Source of the DNA: Amoebidium appalachense
Lineage: Eukaryota > Protista > Ichthyosporea
NCBI GenBank assembly: GCA_963693365.1
Contig: CAVNZM010000013.1
Location: 2,818,722-2,882,721 of the forward strand
DNA: 64,000 nt
Reading direction: 5' to 3'
Below, in pieces: positions 35,006-48,013 of this stretch. The translations under genes and the position numbers were made by a program. The notes under the pieces are model-generated. The model was not told the DNA's origin. It ran no database searches and worked only from the letters and a program-made list of their open reading frames with translations. The first letter of the stretch is position 1; every line of letters begins with the position of its first letter.

Positions 35006-35558
35006 GCTGACCGGCGTAGGGAAAGATAGGGAGAATGAAAAGGAGTGAAAAGGAATATATAGCTGTAAGGCTGTGGATGCTAAACACAGAAGATGTGTTT
35101 GTAGCTTGCTGATCTGCTAAAAACTGTCGTGCTTATATACCTAAGCCTACCGATCTGAACCAATCAAAAATCGATCTAGTGATATGTGAAATCTGATCCG
35201 AGCCAATCATAACTCGGTCTAGTGATCTGTGGTATCTGATGTTTTGACTGGCTAATAGGTGCCCGTGTGCGGGCAGCCAACCGCTAACTGCTAAAACACG
35301 AAATGAAGCCTACATGGTTATGTTGGTATTGAACACCCATCCTACGTGTTTACCCAGAAAAATATTTATGTCAATAATTTCCACAAATAAAACCTTTACC
35401 CAGAAAAATATTTATGTCAATAATTTCCACAAATAAAACCTCTATGAAAAACTACTCCGGGACGTGTGTTGCCTCTAGGGGGACATCCCCTTGGACGAAA
35501 GTGAACTTGCAATGGTTGTAAACCACGGCACGAGAGCAGTATGCTTGCTCCAAAGGTT

Positions 35559-36759
35559 TCACTTAAGAATAGAGGCGAATACACGTCTGGTGGTGGCAGC
35601 AATGGAGGCCGGACGAAGTCGGGTATAGATCAGGAAGCAGTCGGAGGACCACCGGCCGAGTTGTTTGATCCGGGAGTCGTCGACCCCGGCCTCAGCCAGT
35701 GCTGTGGCCCCCCCGATGCGGAGGCTGTGTCCGGCAAACCGGGAGGGTGAGAGGCCTGCCCGGGAAAGGAGGGCACGGAAATCGGCAGAGAAAGCACTCT
35801 TGGTGTAGGGGATGCCACCGAGACTGAAGAGGGGGTCGTCGGGTTGACCGGACGTTGTATCCAGGAACTGCCGGAGTAGATGGGCTGGGGAGAAGTGGGT
35901 GAGGGGCAGGGCAGCTAGGGTGACGTTGACACCTCGGGCCTGTACATCCGTCTTAGAGGTTGGCAGGTGGAGGGTGGCATGGGACAAAGTACCGGTGGGG
36001 GTGTAGCTGAAGGTCACGTCCTTCCGTTTAACGTGACGGGACGGGTCGAAAGAAGTCAGGGTCTTGGAGGTAAATTCCCCTGAACGGAGGAGACCACAGA
36101 AACCGACGATGAGGGCCGTCCATAGCCGGAGATTGGCCGAGGAGGCCTTGGTGGGGCACTGGCCGTGGAGTAGGTGGAGGTGGGAGGGGAGGAGGGGTTC
36201 CCTGGTGGATGAGCGGGGTCGGATGTTGTGAGAAAGCTGCCATCGGCCTACCCCCCGTAGGAACCAGGCCAGAGACTTGTCGTGGGGGTAGGGAGCAGGG
36301 AGGCCCATGTCGAGGTGGAGCCTGGTGATGGCCGAATTGTAGCCGGTTAAGGAAGAGGCCTGTACCCCTCGTTGGGCACACCAGGCGAGAAAAAGTTGCA
36401 CGGTGTGTGGGGAGGCCGGGAGGGAGGACCCGGAGGAGGATTGCAGCCGAGATGCCACACAGAAATCGATGAACACTTTTTGCACCCGGGAGTAAAAGGC
36501 CCGAGAGTCGAGGTTGAGACTCAGGGCCTGGCATTCCTGCAGGGTAGTGGTGGCTCGAAGCAGCTCGGCCGGAGCAAAGTGGGGGGCCAATCTGCCAGTG
36601 TTGCTCCGGAACGGGAGATCTGGGGGGGGGGGGGGGGGGGGGGTTAGCCCAAGGGAAGGGATAGGAACTCGTGGACCCAGGAGGGGAAGGGGCAGGGCTC
36701 CGGTTGCAGGGAAGGTCGGAGTCGTCGGGCCCGGGGAAGTTGGTTACGAGAAATGGCAT
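35559..36759 (-). pseudogene. Tyrosine recombinase of copy B (N-terminal frame shifted in poly-G run)
   Basis: ORF 35559-36590 with all motifs; ATG at 36759 in another frame. Confidence 0.88.
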
Positions 36760-38325
36760 CGGCCAGATGGTTGAGGGGTCCTGGTAGGTAGGATGCCTGT
36801 AACGTAAATTGGTATTGCATTTCCATGCGGGTGATGAACCGAATAAGTTTGGCCATCACGGGGTGGGGGGAAGACCGGGAGTGCAGGTCAGACACAGCAC
36901 CCGTGTTGTCGCATAAAATACGGACATGGTGGGTGGACCAGGAGGGGGCCCAGAGGGCCACGGCGGCTGCGATGGCCAGGAGTTCGATGACGGAAGAACC
37001 GAGTTTACCCTCATGAGCATAGAGGGCTTGGGTGGAGGGGGACCAGGGCATGAAGAACCATTGGTCGAGCCAGTGGCCACCTAGACCCACCGATCCGGCA
37101 GCATCAGTGGCCAGGGTGGTGTATGTGGGGGGTGTGATGAGGTGCACCCCATTCCATGATGTGAGGAACTGGTGCCATTCGGCTATGTCGGCCCGGGCGG
37201 CAGCAGTCAGTCGTATGTGGTGGTGGCCGGCAAGGTGTGGGTGGGTCCGGAGAAGGGCCCATAGGCGCTGGGAGAAGGCCCTCCCGGGGGGAACCAGCTG
37301 GGCACACCAGGTGAGTTTGCCGAGGAGGGACTGGAGGTCCCGAATGGTGATGGTGGGCTTTGGGTGGGAAGTGAGGTCGAGTAGGTCCGAGTGCTTGGAA
37401 GCCGGGATTCGTGCCTCCATGGCGATGGAGTCGAATTCGATACCGATGAAGACGACACGGGTAGCCGGGCCCTGCATCTTGTCTTCGGAGATGGCAATGT
37501 GCAGCTCTCGGCAGAGTTGCAGAAAGGTGGATAGGTGACGTTGGCACTGCTGTTGTGTGGGGGCGACTATAATCCAGTCGTCTACGTAGTGGCGGATGAG
37601 GGTAATACCGTGCTGGTGTGCCAGCCACTGTAGGGTGGCCGCGATCCGTTCCCAGATGGCTGGGCTAGATTTCAGGCCGAAGGGCAGTCTGGTTTCAACG
37701 TAAAAATGCCCTTGCCATTTGAATGCCATTAAGTGGTGGTCTTCCGGTCGGATGGGCATGTGCCGGAAGGCAGCCTGCACATCTGCCACGGCCATGTAGC
37801 AGCCGGGGCCTGCGTCGAGAATGAGTTGGGTGACATCCCGGGCGCGAATGTACTGAAGTTCGTCGGGGTAGGTGATGCTGTCATTGACACTGCTACCCCG
37901 GGGCCAGGAGAGGTGGTGGATTCGACGGACTTGGGGGGGTTCCCTTTCTTGGTAACGGCGCCGATGGGGGAGGAACGGTGGACGGGAAATTCGTCAAAGA
38001 ATTGGGCCGGGGAGAGGGGGCCGCGCAGGTGGCCGAGGGCGACTTCTTTGGCAATATCCACCGTGATAGCGGCAGCTGCCTCCGGGGTGGTGGGTAGGTT
38101 GGGGCCCACCCGAGAGGTGGAGGGGCCGCGATAGCCGATGTCGACGCCGAATTCGACATCGTGGAGGAGTTGTGCGGCGAATGGTTGGTCCGGGTAGGAG
38201 GCCAGCAGTTCCCGGAGGCGGGAGGTGTCAATGTGGTGCTGGGGCAGCGGGCGGGCCTCCGGGTCTGAGCCTCGGGGGAAGGGGTGGTTAGCAAGGGTGG
38301 TGTACCCTTGGGGAGATCCCGGCAG

Positions 38326-38361
<36 letters not shown>

Positions 38362-38476
38362 CAGGGCCCCGGGGGGTTAGAGTAGGGCAGCTTGGCCCAA
38401 GTGAGGGTTGGCAGGGAGGGCAGCGGGGCCCTGTGCAGGGGAATGTGCCCGAGCACGCGGGGGTGTGGGCGGACAC
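36644..38476 (-). pseudogene. pol: RT-RNase H of copy B with frameshifts
   Basis: ORFs 36644-37795 and 37729-38109; 1-bp loss near 37929. Confidence 0.9.
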
Positions 38477-38753
38477 AGCGGTAGAAGAAGGGGGGGGGAG
38501 GGAGTGCTAGGTGAGTGTAAGGGGGGGGAGGCTCGTGGGATGGGGGGGGGGGGAGTAAAATTATGTGCAGTGGCCAGAATAAACGTCTTTGTATAGGGAC
38601 ATTTATTCTTGACGCGCGCGGGCGCCGTAGTTGGCCTGCGAAATTTTGTACTCAGCCCTATTGGCCCGTTCTCCCGAGCTCCGTTTCCCTGTACTCGTGT
38701 GTCCTAGCTCCGAACCCCTATGTTCTAGCTGTGTGTGTGGGTGTGCGCGTAGA

Positions 38754-39920
38754 CTAGGCATTGTGCTTGCAGTCTTTGCGGGGGTGTGTGCCAGAGCAGA
38801 GCGGGCACACGTGGGAGAAGGGGCAGGGCTGCTTAGCGCAGGACCGACCGTTAATGTGGAAATTCCTGCAGTGCGTCGCGGGTAGATCCACGGGTCGGGC
38901 CGGTTTGGCCGGGCCGGGTTGCGGGCCAGGGCGGTTAGGGGTGTGACCCCCGCCGGGCTTGTGGGGCGGCTTAAAGCCGTCAAGACCACAGCCGGGCTTG
39001 GGGTACATGGGGCAGGCCGCGCTGGGGTGGTCGGGGAAGCCACAGCGCTGACATGCGTCCTGGATGAGCAGGGTGGGTGGCAGGAGGAGATCCTGGTGGA
39101 GTTGGGCGAGCAGGTTGGGGCACTCGATCGGAGCCCGACCCTGCTGGTGGGCCACGGTGCGGGCGTATACGTCATAGTTGTGGATCTGGGCCCACGGGTA
39201 TCGGGTGCTGAGGCGAGTGATGTGCTGAGTCCAAAGTACGTCTTTGTCCGTGGGAAGGCCGAGGTGGTGCTTGGCGGCCATGTATTGGGTCCAAGCTTGG
39301 ATCCAAATGACGAGTGAACGCAGGGGAACGGGTTTGTCTTGGCGAAAAGTCTCGATGCTGCCGTCGTCGGCCATGCGCAGATGCTGACCTTTCTTGGATG
39401 GGGCCAGGAGGGCGGCGGGGGTGAACTTATACAGGTCGACGAAACGATTGGCGCGCAAATCTGCCAGCACATCCGCGGGGGGAAGCGGGAGTGTGCCCGG
39501 CTGAATGTCGCCAGTGTTCTCACCTGTGATGGGGGGCGCGGGCAGGGCAGGCAGGTCAAGGTCAGGGCCGAGATGCAGCCCCGGGGAAACCTCCCCGGGT
39601 GTGGAGGGGGCGGGGGGCGCGGGAGGGTCGCGGTTGGTGAGAGCAGCCAGGACGCCAGCCATCTGGGTGCTGATGGCGGTGAGGGCGGCCAGGACGGCGT
39701 CTTGAGAAGTCATCTGCGGGGACGGCGGGGCCTGAGGGGGGACTTCAGGGGTGGAGGGGAGAGTAGCCGGCGGGTCCAGGTCCGTGGTGGTATGGGCCGC
39801 TGGAGGCGCGTCAGTGTCCGCGGGAGCGTTGGTCAGCCTGTGGCGGAGGTCGCTGCGGGTCAGGCGCTTAGGTGCCGCGGCAGGGGCGGCGGCTGAGGCC
39901 TGGCGCTTTTTCGGCGGCAT
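38754..39920 (-). CDS. gag: Ngaro gag-like ORF1 of copy B
   Basis: 388-aa intact ORF. Confidence 0.92.
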   Translation of the reverse strand: MPPKKRQASAAAPAAAPKRLTRSDLRHRLTNAPADTDAPPAAHTTTDLDPPATLPSTPEVPPQAPPSPQMTSQDAVLAALTAISTQMAGVLAALTNRDPPAPPAPSTPGEVSPGLHLGPDLDLPALPAPPITGENTGDIQPGTLPLPPADVLADLRANRFVDLYKFTPAALLAPSKKGQHLRMADDGSIETFRQDKPVPLRSLVIWIQAWTQYMAAKHHLGLPTDKDVLWTQHITRLSTRYPWAQIHNYDVYARTVAHQQGRAPIECPNLLAQLHQDLLLPPTLLIQDACQRCGFPDHPSAACPMYPKPGCGLDGFKPPHKPGGGHTPNRPGPQPGPAKPARPVDLPATHCRNFHINGRSCAKQPCPFSHVCPLCSGTHPRKDCKHNA

Positions 39921-40309
39921 GCTGACCGGCGTAGGGAAAGATAGGGAGAATGAAAAGGAGTGAAAAGGAATATATAGCTGTAAGGCTGTGGATGCTAAAC
40001 ACAGAAGATGTGTTTGTAGCTTGCTGATCTGCTAAAAACTGTCGTGCTTATATACCTAAGCCTACCGATCTGAACCAATCAAAAATCGATCTAGTGATAT
40101 GTGAAATCTGATCCGAGCCAATCATAACTCGGTCTAGTGATCTGTGGTATCTGATGTTCTGACTGGCTAATAGGTGCCCGTGTGCGGGCAGCCAACCGCT
40201 AACTGCTAAAACACGAAATGAAACCTACATGGTTATGTTGGTATCGAACACCCATCCTACGTGTTTACCCAGAAAAATATTTATGTCAATAATTTCCACA
40301 AATAAAACC

Positions 40310-42512
40310 GAAATGCAATACCAATTTACGTTACAGGCATCCTACCTACCGGGACCCCTCAACCATCTAGCCGATGCCATTTCTCGTAACCAACTTCCCC
40401 GGGCCCGACGACTCCGACCTTCCCTGCAACCGGAGCCATGCCCCTTCCCCTCCTGGGTCCACGAGTTCCTTTCCCTTCCCCTGGGCTAACCCCCCCCCCC
40501 CTCCCCCCCCCCCAGATCTCCCCTTCCGGAGCAACGCTGGCAGATTGGCCCCCCACTTTGCTCCGGCCGAGCTGCTTCGAGCCACCACTACCCTGCAGGA
40601 ATGCCAGGCCCTGAGTCTCAACCTCGACTTTCGGGCCTTTTACTCCTGGGTGCAAAAGGTGTTCATCGATTTTTGTGCGGCATCTCGGCTGCAATCCTCC
40701 TCCGGGTCCTCCCTCCCGGCCTCTCCTCACACCGTGCAGCTTTTTCTCGCCTGGTGTGCCCAACGAGGGGTACAGGCCTCTTCCTTGGCCGGCTACAATT
40801 CGGCCATCACCAGACTCCACCTCGACATGGGCCTCCCTGCTCTCTACCCCCACGACAAGTCTCTGGCCTGGTTCCTACGAGGGGTGGGCAGATGGCAGCT
40901 TTCTCACAACATCCGACCCCGATCATCCACCAGGGAGCCCCTCCTGCCCTCCCACCTCAGCCAACTCCATGGCCAGTGCCCCACCAATGCCTCCTCAGCC
41001 AATCACCGGCTATTGACGGCCCTCATCGTCGGTTTCTGTGGTCTCCTCCGTTCAGGGGAATTTACCTCCAAAACCCTGACTTCCTTCGACCCGTCCCGTC
41101 ACGTTAAACGGAAGGACGTGACCTTCAGCTACACCCCCACCGGTACTTTGTCCCATGCAACCCTCCACCTGCCAACCTCCAAGACGGATGTACAGGCCCG
41201 AGGTGTCAACGTCACTCTGGCTGCCCTGCCCCTCACCCACTTCTCCCCAGCCCATCAGTTCCTGGATACAACGCCCGGTCAACCCGACGACCCCCTGTTC
41301 AGTCTCGGTGGCATTCCCTACACCAAGGGTGCTTTCTCTGCCGACTTCCGAGCCCTCCTCTCCCGGTCAGGCCTCTCCCCCTCCCGGTTTGCCGGCCACA
41401 GCCTCCGAATAGGGGGGGCCACAGCACTGGCTGAGGCCGGGGTCGACGACTCCCGGATCAAACAACTCGGCAGATGGTCCTCCGACTGTTTCCTGATCTA
41501 TACCCGACTTCGCCCGGCCTCCATTGCTGCCACTACCACACGTGTATTCGCCTCTATTCTTAAGTGAAACCTTTGGAGCAAGCATACTGCTCTCGTGCCG
41601 TGGTTTACAACCATTGCAAGTTCACTTTCGTCCAAGGGGATGTCCCCCTAGAGGCAACACACGTCCCGGAGTAGTTTTTCATAGAGGTTTTATTTGTGGA
41701 AATTATTGACATAAATATTTTTCTGGGTAAACACGTAGGATGGGTGTTCGATACCAACATAACCATGTAGGCTTCATTTCGTGTTTTAGCAGTTAGCGGT
41801 TGGCTGCCCGCACACGGGCACCTATTAGCCAGTCAAAACATCAGATAGGTCTTGTGCCGTGGTTTACAACCATTGCAGGTTCACTTTCGTCCAAGGAGAT
41901 GTCCCCCTAGAGGCAACACACGTCCCGGAGTAGTTTCATAGAGGTTTTATTTGTGGAATTTATTGACATAAATATTTTTCTGGGTAAACACGTAGGATGG
42001 GTGTCCAATATCAACACAACCATGTAGGCTTCGTTTCGTGTTTTAGCAGTTCGCGTTCGGCTGCCCGCATACGGGCACCTATTAGCCAATCAAAACGTAA
42101 GATTCCACAGATCACTAGACCGAGTTTGATTGGCTCAGGATCAGATTTCACATAACACTAGATCGATTTTGATTGGCTCGGATCGGCAGCCTTAGGTATA
42201 TAAGCACGACAGTTTTTAGCAGATCAGCAACTGGCAACAGACACATCTTCTGTGTTTAGCACCTACAGCTTTACAGCTATATTTTCTTTTCACCCACCCA
42301 CCTACACCCAACACTCAACCCCCATTGATCCACACATACGTGCTGTTTTTTCACGGGGCGAAGACTTCCCCCGTTTTTTGGGCACAAGGACCTCAGGGAT
42401 CAATAAATTGATGACTGGGGGCTTGCCGTGGTTTACAACCATTGCAGGTTCACTTTCGTCCAAGGGGATGTCCCCCTAGAGGCAACACACGTCCCGGAGT
42501 AGTTTTTCATAG
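40310..42512 (+). mobile_element. 3' part of plus-strand Ngaro copy C with compound B-A'-B-A-B tail
   Basis: Begins in RH (EMQYQF), YR, B 41597-41684, partial A to 41847, then B/A/spacer/B of a variant type. Confidence 0.92.
40374..41567 (+). CDS. Tyrosine recombinase of copy C
   Basis: 397-aa ORF with complete motifs. Confidence 0.9.
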   Translation: MPFLVTNFPGPDDSDLPCNRSHAPSPPGSTSSFPFPWANPPPPPPPPDLPFRSNAGRLAPHFAPAELLRATTTLQECQALSLNLDFRAFYSWVQKVFIDFCAASRLQSSSGSSLPASPHTVQLFLAWCAQRGVQASSLAGYNSAITRLHLDMGLPALYPHDKSLAWFLRGVGRWQLSHNIRPRSSTREPLLPSHLSQLHGQCPTNASSANHRLLTALIVGFCGLLRSGEFTSKTLTSFDPSRHVKRKDVTFSYTPTGTLSHATLHLPTSKTDVQARGVNVTLAALPLTHFSPAHQFLDTTPGQPDDPLFSLGGIPYTKGAFSADFRALLSRSGLSPSRFAGHSLRIGGATALAEAGVDDSRIKQLGRWSSDCFLIYTRLRPASIAATTTRVFASILK

Positions 42513-42826
42513 ATCATCTCATGTACTATGCTAAAAGGAAGGTTCTATACGAGCTACAAAGTTGCGTTTTTTTCGTGTGACCCTCGTACTCCAGGGGCAC
42601 ATTCACCATCCCCCCCATAAACTTTGTGGTAAATGTCTCGTGCTGTTCTGACAGTGTCTGATGTGTGGATGTCTGTGTATGTTGTGTGTGTGTGCATGTC
42701 TGTGTGTGTGTATGTGCTCAGTTGAAAGGGAAGGGGGGGAGAGGGGGGATGCACCGTGTGTGTGCACGTGTGTGTGTGTGTGCTCTGTGGAGAGGGAAGG
42801 GGAGGGGGAAATGCACCGTGTGTGTG

Positions 42827-42857
<31 letters not shown>

Positions 42858-43025
42858 CTGTGTGTATGTGTGTGTGTGTGTTGTGTTTGTGTGTGTGTGT
42901 GCATGTCTGTGTGCATCGTGTGTGGTGTGTGTGTGTGAGCGTGCATGTCTGTGCATGTGTGCATGTGCTCGGTGGAGAGGGAAGGGGAAGGGGGGGATTC
43001 GTGTCCGTGCATGTGTGCATGTGTG

Positions 43026-43082
<57 letters not shown>

Positions 43083-43223
43083 ACGTATGTGTGTGTGTAT
43101 GTGTCAGTTGAGAGGGAAGGGGGAGAGGGGGGATGCACCGTGTGTGTGCATGTGTGCACGTGTGTGTGTGTGTGCTCTGTGGAGAGGGGAAGGGGGAGGG
43201 GGGAAATGCACCGTGTGTGTGCA

Positions 43224-43254
<31 letters not shown>

Positions 43255-43414
43255 ATGTGTGTGTGTGTGTTGTGTGTTTGTGTGTGTGTGCATGTCTGTG
43301 TGCATCGTGTGTGTTGTGTGATTGTGTGTGTGCATGTCTGTGCATGTGTGCATGTGCTCGGTGGAGAGGGAAGGGGAAGGGGGGGATTCGTGTCCGTGCA
43401 TGTGTGCATGTGTG

Positions 43415-43467
<53 letters not shown>

Positions 43468-44054
43468 ATGTATGTGAGTGTATGTGCTCAGTTGAGAGGG
43501 AAGGGGAGGGGGGGGATGCATCGTGTGTGTGCATGTGTGCATGTTAATGCAAAGTACACATGGGGGAGTCCGTAGAATGTTTTTCCCGACGGAGGGGGGG
43601 GGGACGTGATCGGGGAATTTCAGTGTTTTCTCCAGTCCCGCGTGCAACATACCAGCCTTCGTATTCAAAAACCCCAAACACCCTTTCCTTTAGCAAGTAG
43701 ATGACTTTCTCACCACCAAACGTAGATGGGGGTGGGGGGGAGTGCCCACGTTCACCCACACATCCCCACGGGCATTTGCCGGCCCATCAGGGGGGGGTCC
43801 AAGAGGGGGGGGGGGGGGAGGTCATTCTATTGTGTGCATGTGTTGTGGAGGGAAAAAACGTGCAAAAACCCTCAGAATGGACGGATTTCGATGCAGTTTT
43901 TTTTGTTTTCCCAATGGGAAGGTATGTAAATGCAAAGTACACACGGGGGAGTCCGTAATTTTTTTCCCGACGGAGGGGGAGACGTGATCGGGGAATTTCA
44001 AGAAGAAAAATCAAAAATCTCAATATCTGCCAAAACCCTCCGAATGGACGGGGG

Positions 44055-44089
<35 letters not shown>

Positions 44090-44926
44090 CGGAAGGGGGG
44101 GGGAGGGGGGGGGGAGGGAGGGGGAGGCATCAAACGTGATGGCTCACACACCCCCACTGAAATTTGCTGGCCCCATAGGTGGGGTCCATGGGGGGGGGGG
44201 TCATTGTATAGTGTGCTTTTTTTTTAGGGGGGGGTTTGTTTACACATTGGGTGGTTATTTCCAAGGCAATGGCAACGTCCCCCTCCCCCCCCCCCCCCCT
44301 CTTCCCGGCGGGCCCGCCGCTGCGCTGCGGAAGATTACTCTGATCCACTCGAATCCTTTTGTCCCAAACACAGGCTTGCAGGATAAGAAAGGCCTGCACC
44401 TTGCAAAGCTGGATGCCTATTTTGCATCAGAAGGGAACTTCGACCCCATCCCCAGGCCTGAAGGACGTGGCAATTGCCTAAAGTTCCTGCCGCTACAGCT
44501 GCAGTTGTTCCTAGCGGGCTTAACGCCTGCTGAAGCACGGCGGACTCCACGGGGGGATCTGCCTCTTCCAGTGAAAAGAAAAATATTCCCATACAACAGC
44601 TGCTATATTCGACTGCAAGAAGGTGAGGAGGGAGTGTATCTTAGGGTGGTGGGGTGTAAGGAGTTTTATGGTCGGCAATCCGCACTGCAGTTTCAGGTAT
44701 GGTTGGCGTATTTATTCAGGACGTACTGACAAAATAGTAAGTATAGCTCTAGTATAGCGTGAGGATATTCTTAGGAGCTTCCTAAGGTATGCGATATTTA
44801 TCTTTCCGGTTTTTTACGTTTTTTGTGCATTTTTTTATTTTTATTTTTATTGTGTTTATTTAGGGTAAATTCCACGCACCGGCCACTTGCTCCGCGCAGG
44901 CATTGCACCGTTTGCCAAGGTATCTC

Positions 44927-45677
44927 TGTTGTTTTGTACGGGTCTAAGGGAGCAGAGTGCACAGAGGTGTCATGTAAAACACGACTAACACATTAATGAG
45001 AGGGCAATCGGAGTTGTTCACGAGACATTGAAAGATTCAAACAACAACTGATTCTTTATTGTGCTCTCGGTTCCTTTTGTACTTGCGACTTATCACCTTA
45101 TCACAACTAAAGAGGGAGAACCAATCGGTTCTATCAGAAGATAGAAAAACACATTCCGACAGAGCATACGCATTCCAACTTCCGATTAAACTAAAGTTTA
45201 GAAACTCTTACTTAAATAAATTAAGTAATTATACATCTAGTCACTATTAACTCACATATATATTTGTGTTCGTCTCTATAAAGAAGCTTATTTAAATACA
45301 TATATTTCCTAATAGTCGACACTCTCAAAGTGAAGACACTTTGCAATAAACCGAATTCCATATATATCTATTGTCCAATCACAACACACATATATTAATA
45401 GACAGGAATGCACAACACGATCTACAGATGTACTCGCTCGCGACTATTGGCGAGCCATCCTTTTGAGAACAAAACTAAGCCATTTTGAAATAAAGGAAAG
45501 ACAACGAGTGAGGCTAGCCAATCACGCTACCTCTCAGATAAACAGAGGAGAGCAAACAGAAATAAAATACAATAAGTTCTTATCAGGCAAGAGAGCCAGG
45601 TGTGCACAGATCTACAGATATCTGTGCCCACAGAAACAAGGGAGAGAGAGATACGGGGGGGGGGGGGGGGGGGGGGG

Positions 45678-45708
<31 letters not shown>

Positions 45709-45801
45709 CACAAAGAAGGAAAGCAGACACGAATACAAACAAGCTAAGACACATACATACTTCAAGGCTCTTGCTGTCATACATGGTGACGTATTCCAAC
45801 A
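44927..45801 (-). repeat. Copia-2 3' LTR
   Basis: TG...CA; near-identical to 54305-55203 except the (GA)n tract. Confidence 0.95.
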
Positions 45802-46523
45802 TCCCCACTCAAGGGGTTGAAGTTTGTGTTCTCGTGTCTGTTGATGTGACGGTAGATGAGGTCCAAACACAGGAGGGGCCGTCACACTCAAGTTTCCCCA
45901 CTCGAGGATGCAAACCGAAGATCCTTGAGGTGGGAAGGAGAGAATCAAAACTGAAGAGGCACACAACGACGGTTGCCTCTGAAGACTCAGAACAATAAAT
46001 CATGGTGGTTATCGGTGATATATATATATAGAGGAAACACTAGTGTATGTGTGACGGGTTGGTGGCTAATGTTTTATACTGGAATCCACCCAGGTAAACA
46101 CAAGGCATGAACATCTTGTGGACTGATTTATAGACTGGTTGTCAACCAGTTAAGACACGGGGAAGGTGCATCCCGTGGACTAGGTTTAGACTGGCAGTCA
46201 ACCAGCTCGCAAGGCTATAGATAATTATTTATACTGGGTCGCCATCCCAGTTCGACATATATATAAAGTCGAATATAGAAGAAAACCAATAAATATGGTG
46301 GGATATGAATATAAATAAACGACGGATGGTGGAGAATAATCCCCACTGAAGATGCACACATATGACGATGTAAGACTGAGTCCCCACTGATGAAGAGAAA
46401 CGATGAGGAGTAGTAGACTTTCGTTGGGAGGCATCTTGAGCACCATAGGTGTGTCAACTGCTGTCCAGGGCCCCAACCTACTCAGAAACCACTCGATGAT
46501 GAACACCAGTGCACGGGTCAGTC

Positions 46524-47666
46524 AGGTTTTATTTGTGGAAATTATTGACATAAATATTTTTCTGGGTAAACACGTAGGATGGGTGTCCGATATCAACAGG
46601 CTTCGTTTCATGTTTTAGCAGTTCGCGTTCGGCTGCCCGCATACGGGCACCTATTAGCCGATCAAAACATCAGATTTCACAGATCACTAGACCGAGTTTG
46701 ATTGGCTCAGGATAAGATTTCACATAACACTAGATCGGTTTTGATTGGCTCAGTTCGGCAGCCTTAGGTATATAAGCACGACAGTTTTTCGCAGATCAGC
46801 AAGCAACAACACATCCTCTGTGTTTAGCACCTACAGCTTTACAGCTATATGGGCCCAGATCCACAACTATGACGTATACGCCCGAACCGTTGCACACCAA
46901 CAGGGTCGGGCTCCGATCGAGTGTCCCAACCTGCTCGCCCAACTCCACCAGGATCTCCTCCTGCCACCCACTCTGCTCATCCCGGACGCATGTCAGCGTT
47001 GCGGCTTCCCCGACCACCCCAGCGCGGCCTGCCCCATGTACCCCAAGCCCGGCTGTGGTCTTGATGGTTTCGAGCCCCCCCACAAGCCCGGCGGGGGCCA
47101 AACCCCCAACCGACCCGGCCCGCAACCCGGCCCGGCACCACCGGCCCGACCCGTGGATCTACCCGCAACACACTGCAGGAATTTCCACAACGGTCGGTCC
47201 TGCGCTAAGCAGCCCTGCCCCTTCTCCCACGTGTGCCCGCTCTGCTCTGGCACACACCCCCGCCAAGACTGCAAGCACAATGCCTAGTCTACGCGCACAC
47301 CCACACCCACAGATAGAACATAGGGGCTAGGAGCTAGGTTACACGGGTCCAAGGACACGGAGCTCGGGAAAAACGGGGCACTAGGGCTGAGTAACATTTT
47401 TCGCAGGCCAACTACGGCGCCCGCGCGCGCCAAGAATAAATGTCCCTACACAAAGACGTTATTCTGGCCACTGCACATAAATTTACTGCCCCCCCCATCC
47501 CACGAGCCTCCCCCCCTTACACTCACCTAGCGCTCCCTCCCTTCTTCTAACTCTGTGTACGCCCACACCCGCGCGTGCTCGGGCATCCCCTGCACAGGGC
47601 CCCGCTGCCCTCCCTGCAAACCCTCCCTCGGGCCCAGCTGCCCTACTCTAACCCCCCGGGGCCCTG

Positions 47667-47711
<45 letters not shown>

Positions 47712-47981
47712 ATGCCGGGATCTCCCCGAGGGTGCCCCACCCTTGCTAACCACCCCTTCCCCCGAGGCTCAGCCCCGGTGGCCCGCCCGCTGCCCCAGCA
47801 CCACGTTGACACCTCCCGCCTCCGGGAGCTGCTGGCCCCCCTACCCAGCCCAATCATTCGCCGCGCAGCTCCTCCGTAACCAACTTCCCCGGACCCGACG
47901 ACTCCGACCTTACCTGCAACCGGAGCCCTGCCCCTTCCCCTTCTGGGTCCACAAGTTCCTATCCCTTCCCCTGGGCTCACC

Positions 47982-48013
<32 letters not shown>

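Larger units (their letters stand above)
29932..35395 (-). mobile_element. Ngaro copy A, full length (~5.46 kb), all three ORFs open
   Basis: A1-gag-RT/RH-YR-B1-A2-spacer-B2; no TSD. Confidence 0.96.
29446..40309 (-). mobile_element. Ngaro copy B (35396-40309 plus 29446-29931), split by copy A; B2 truncated
   Basis: A1 to 40309, gag, pol, YR, B1 35443-35530, A2 interrupted at 35396/29931. Confidence 0.92.

Noticed and set aside
46385-46430. Hammerhead ribozyme (CTGATGA-aga-GAAAC)
   Set aside because: No stem II, stem I mismatched at the first pair, antisense to the element and not conserved in Copia-1.
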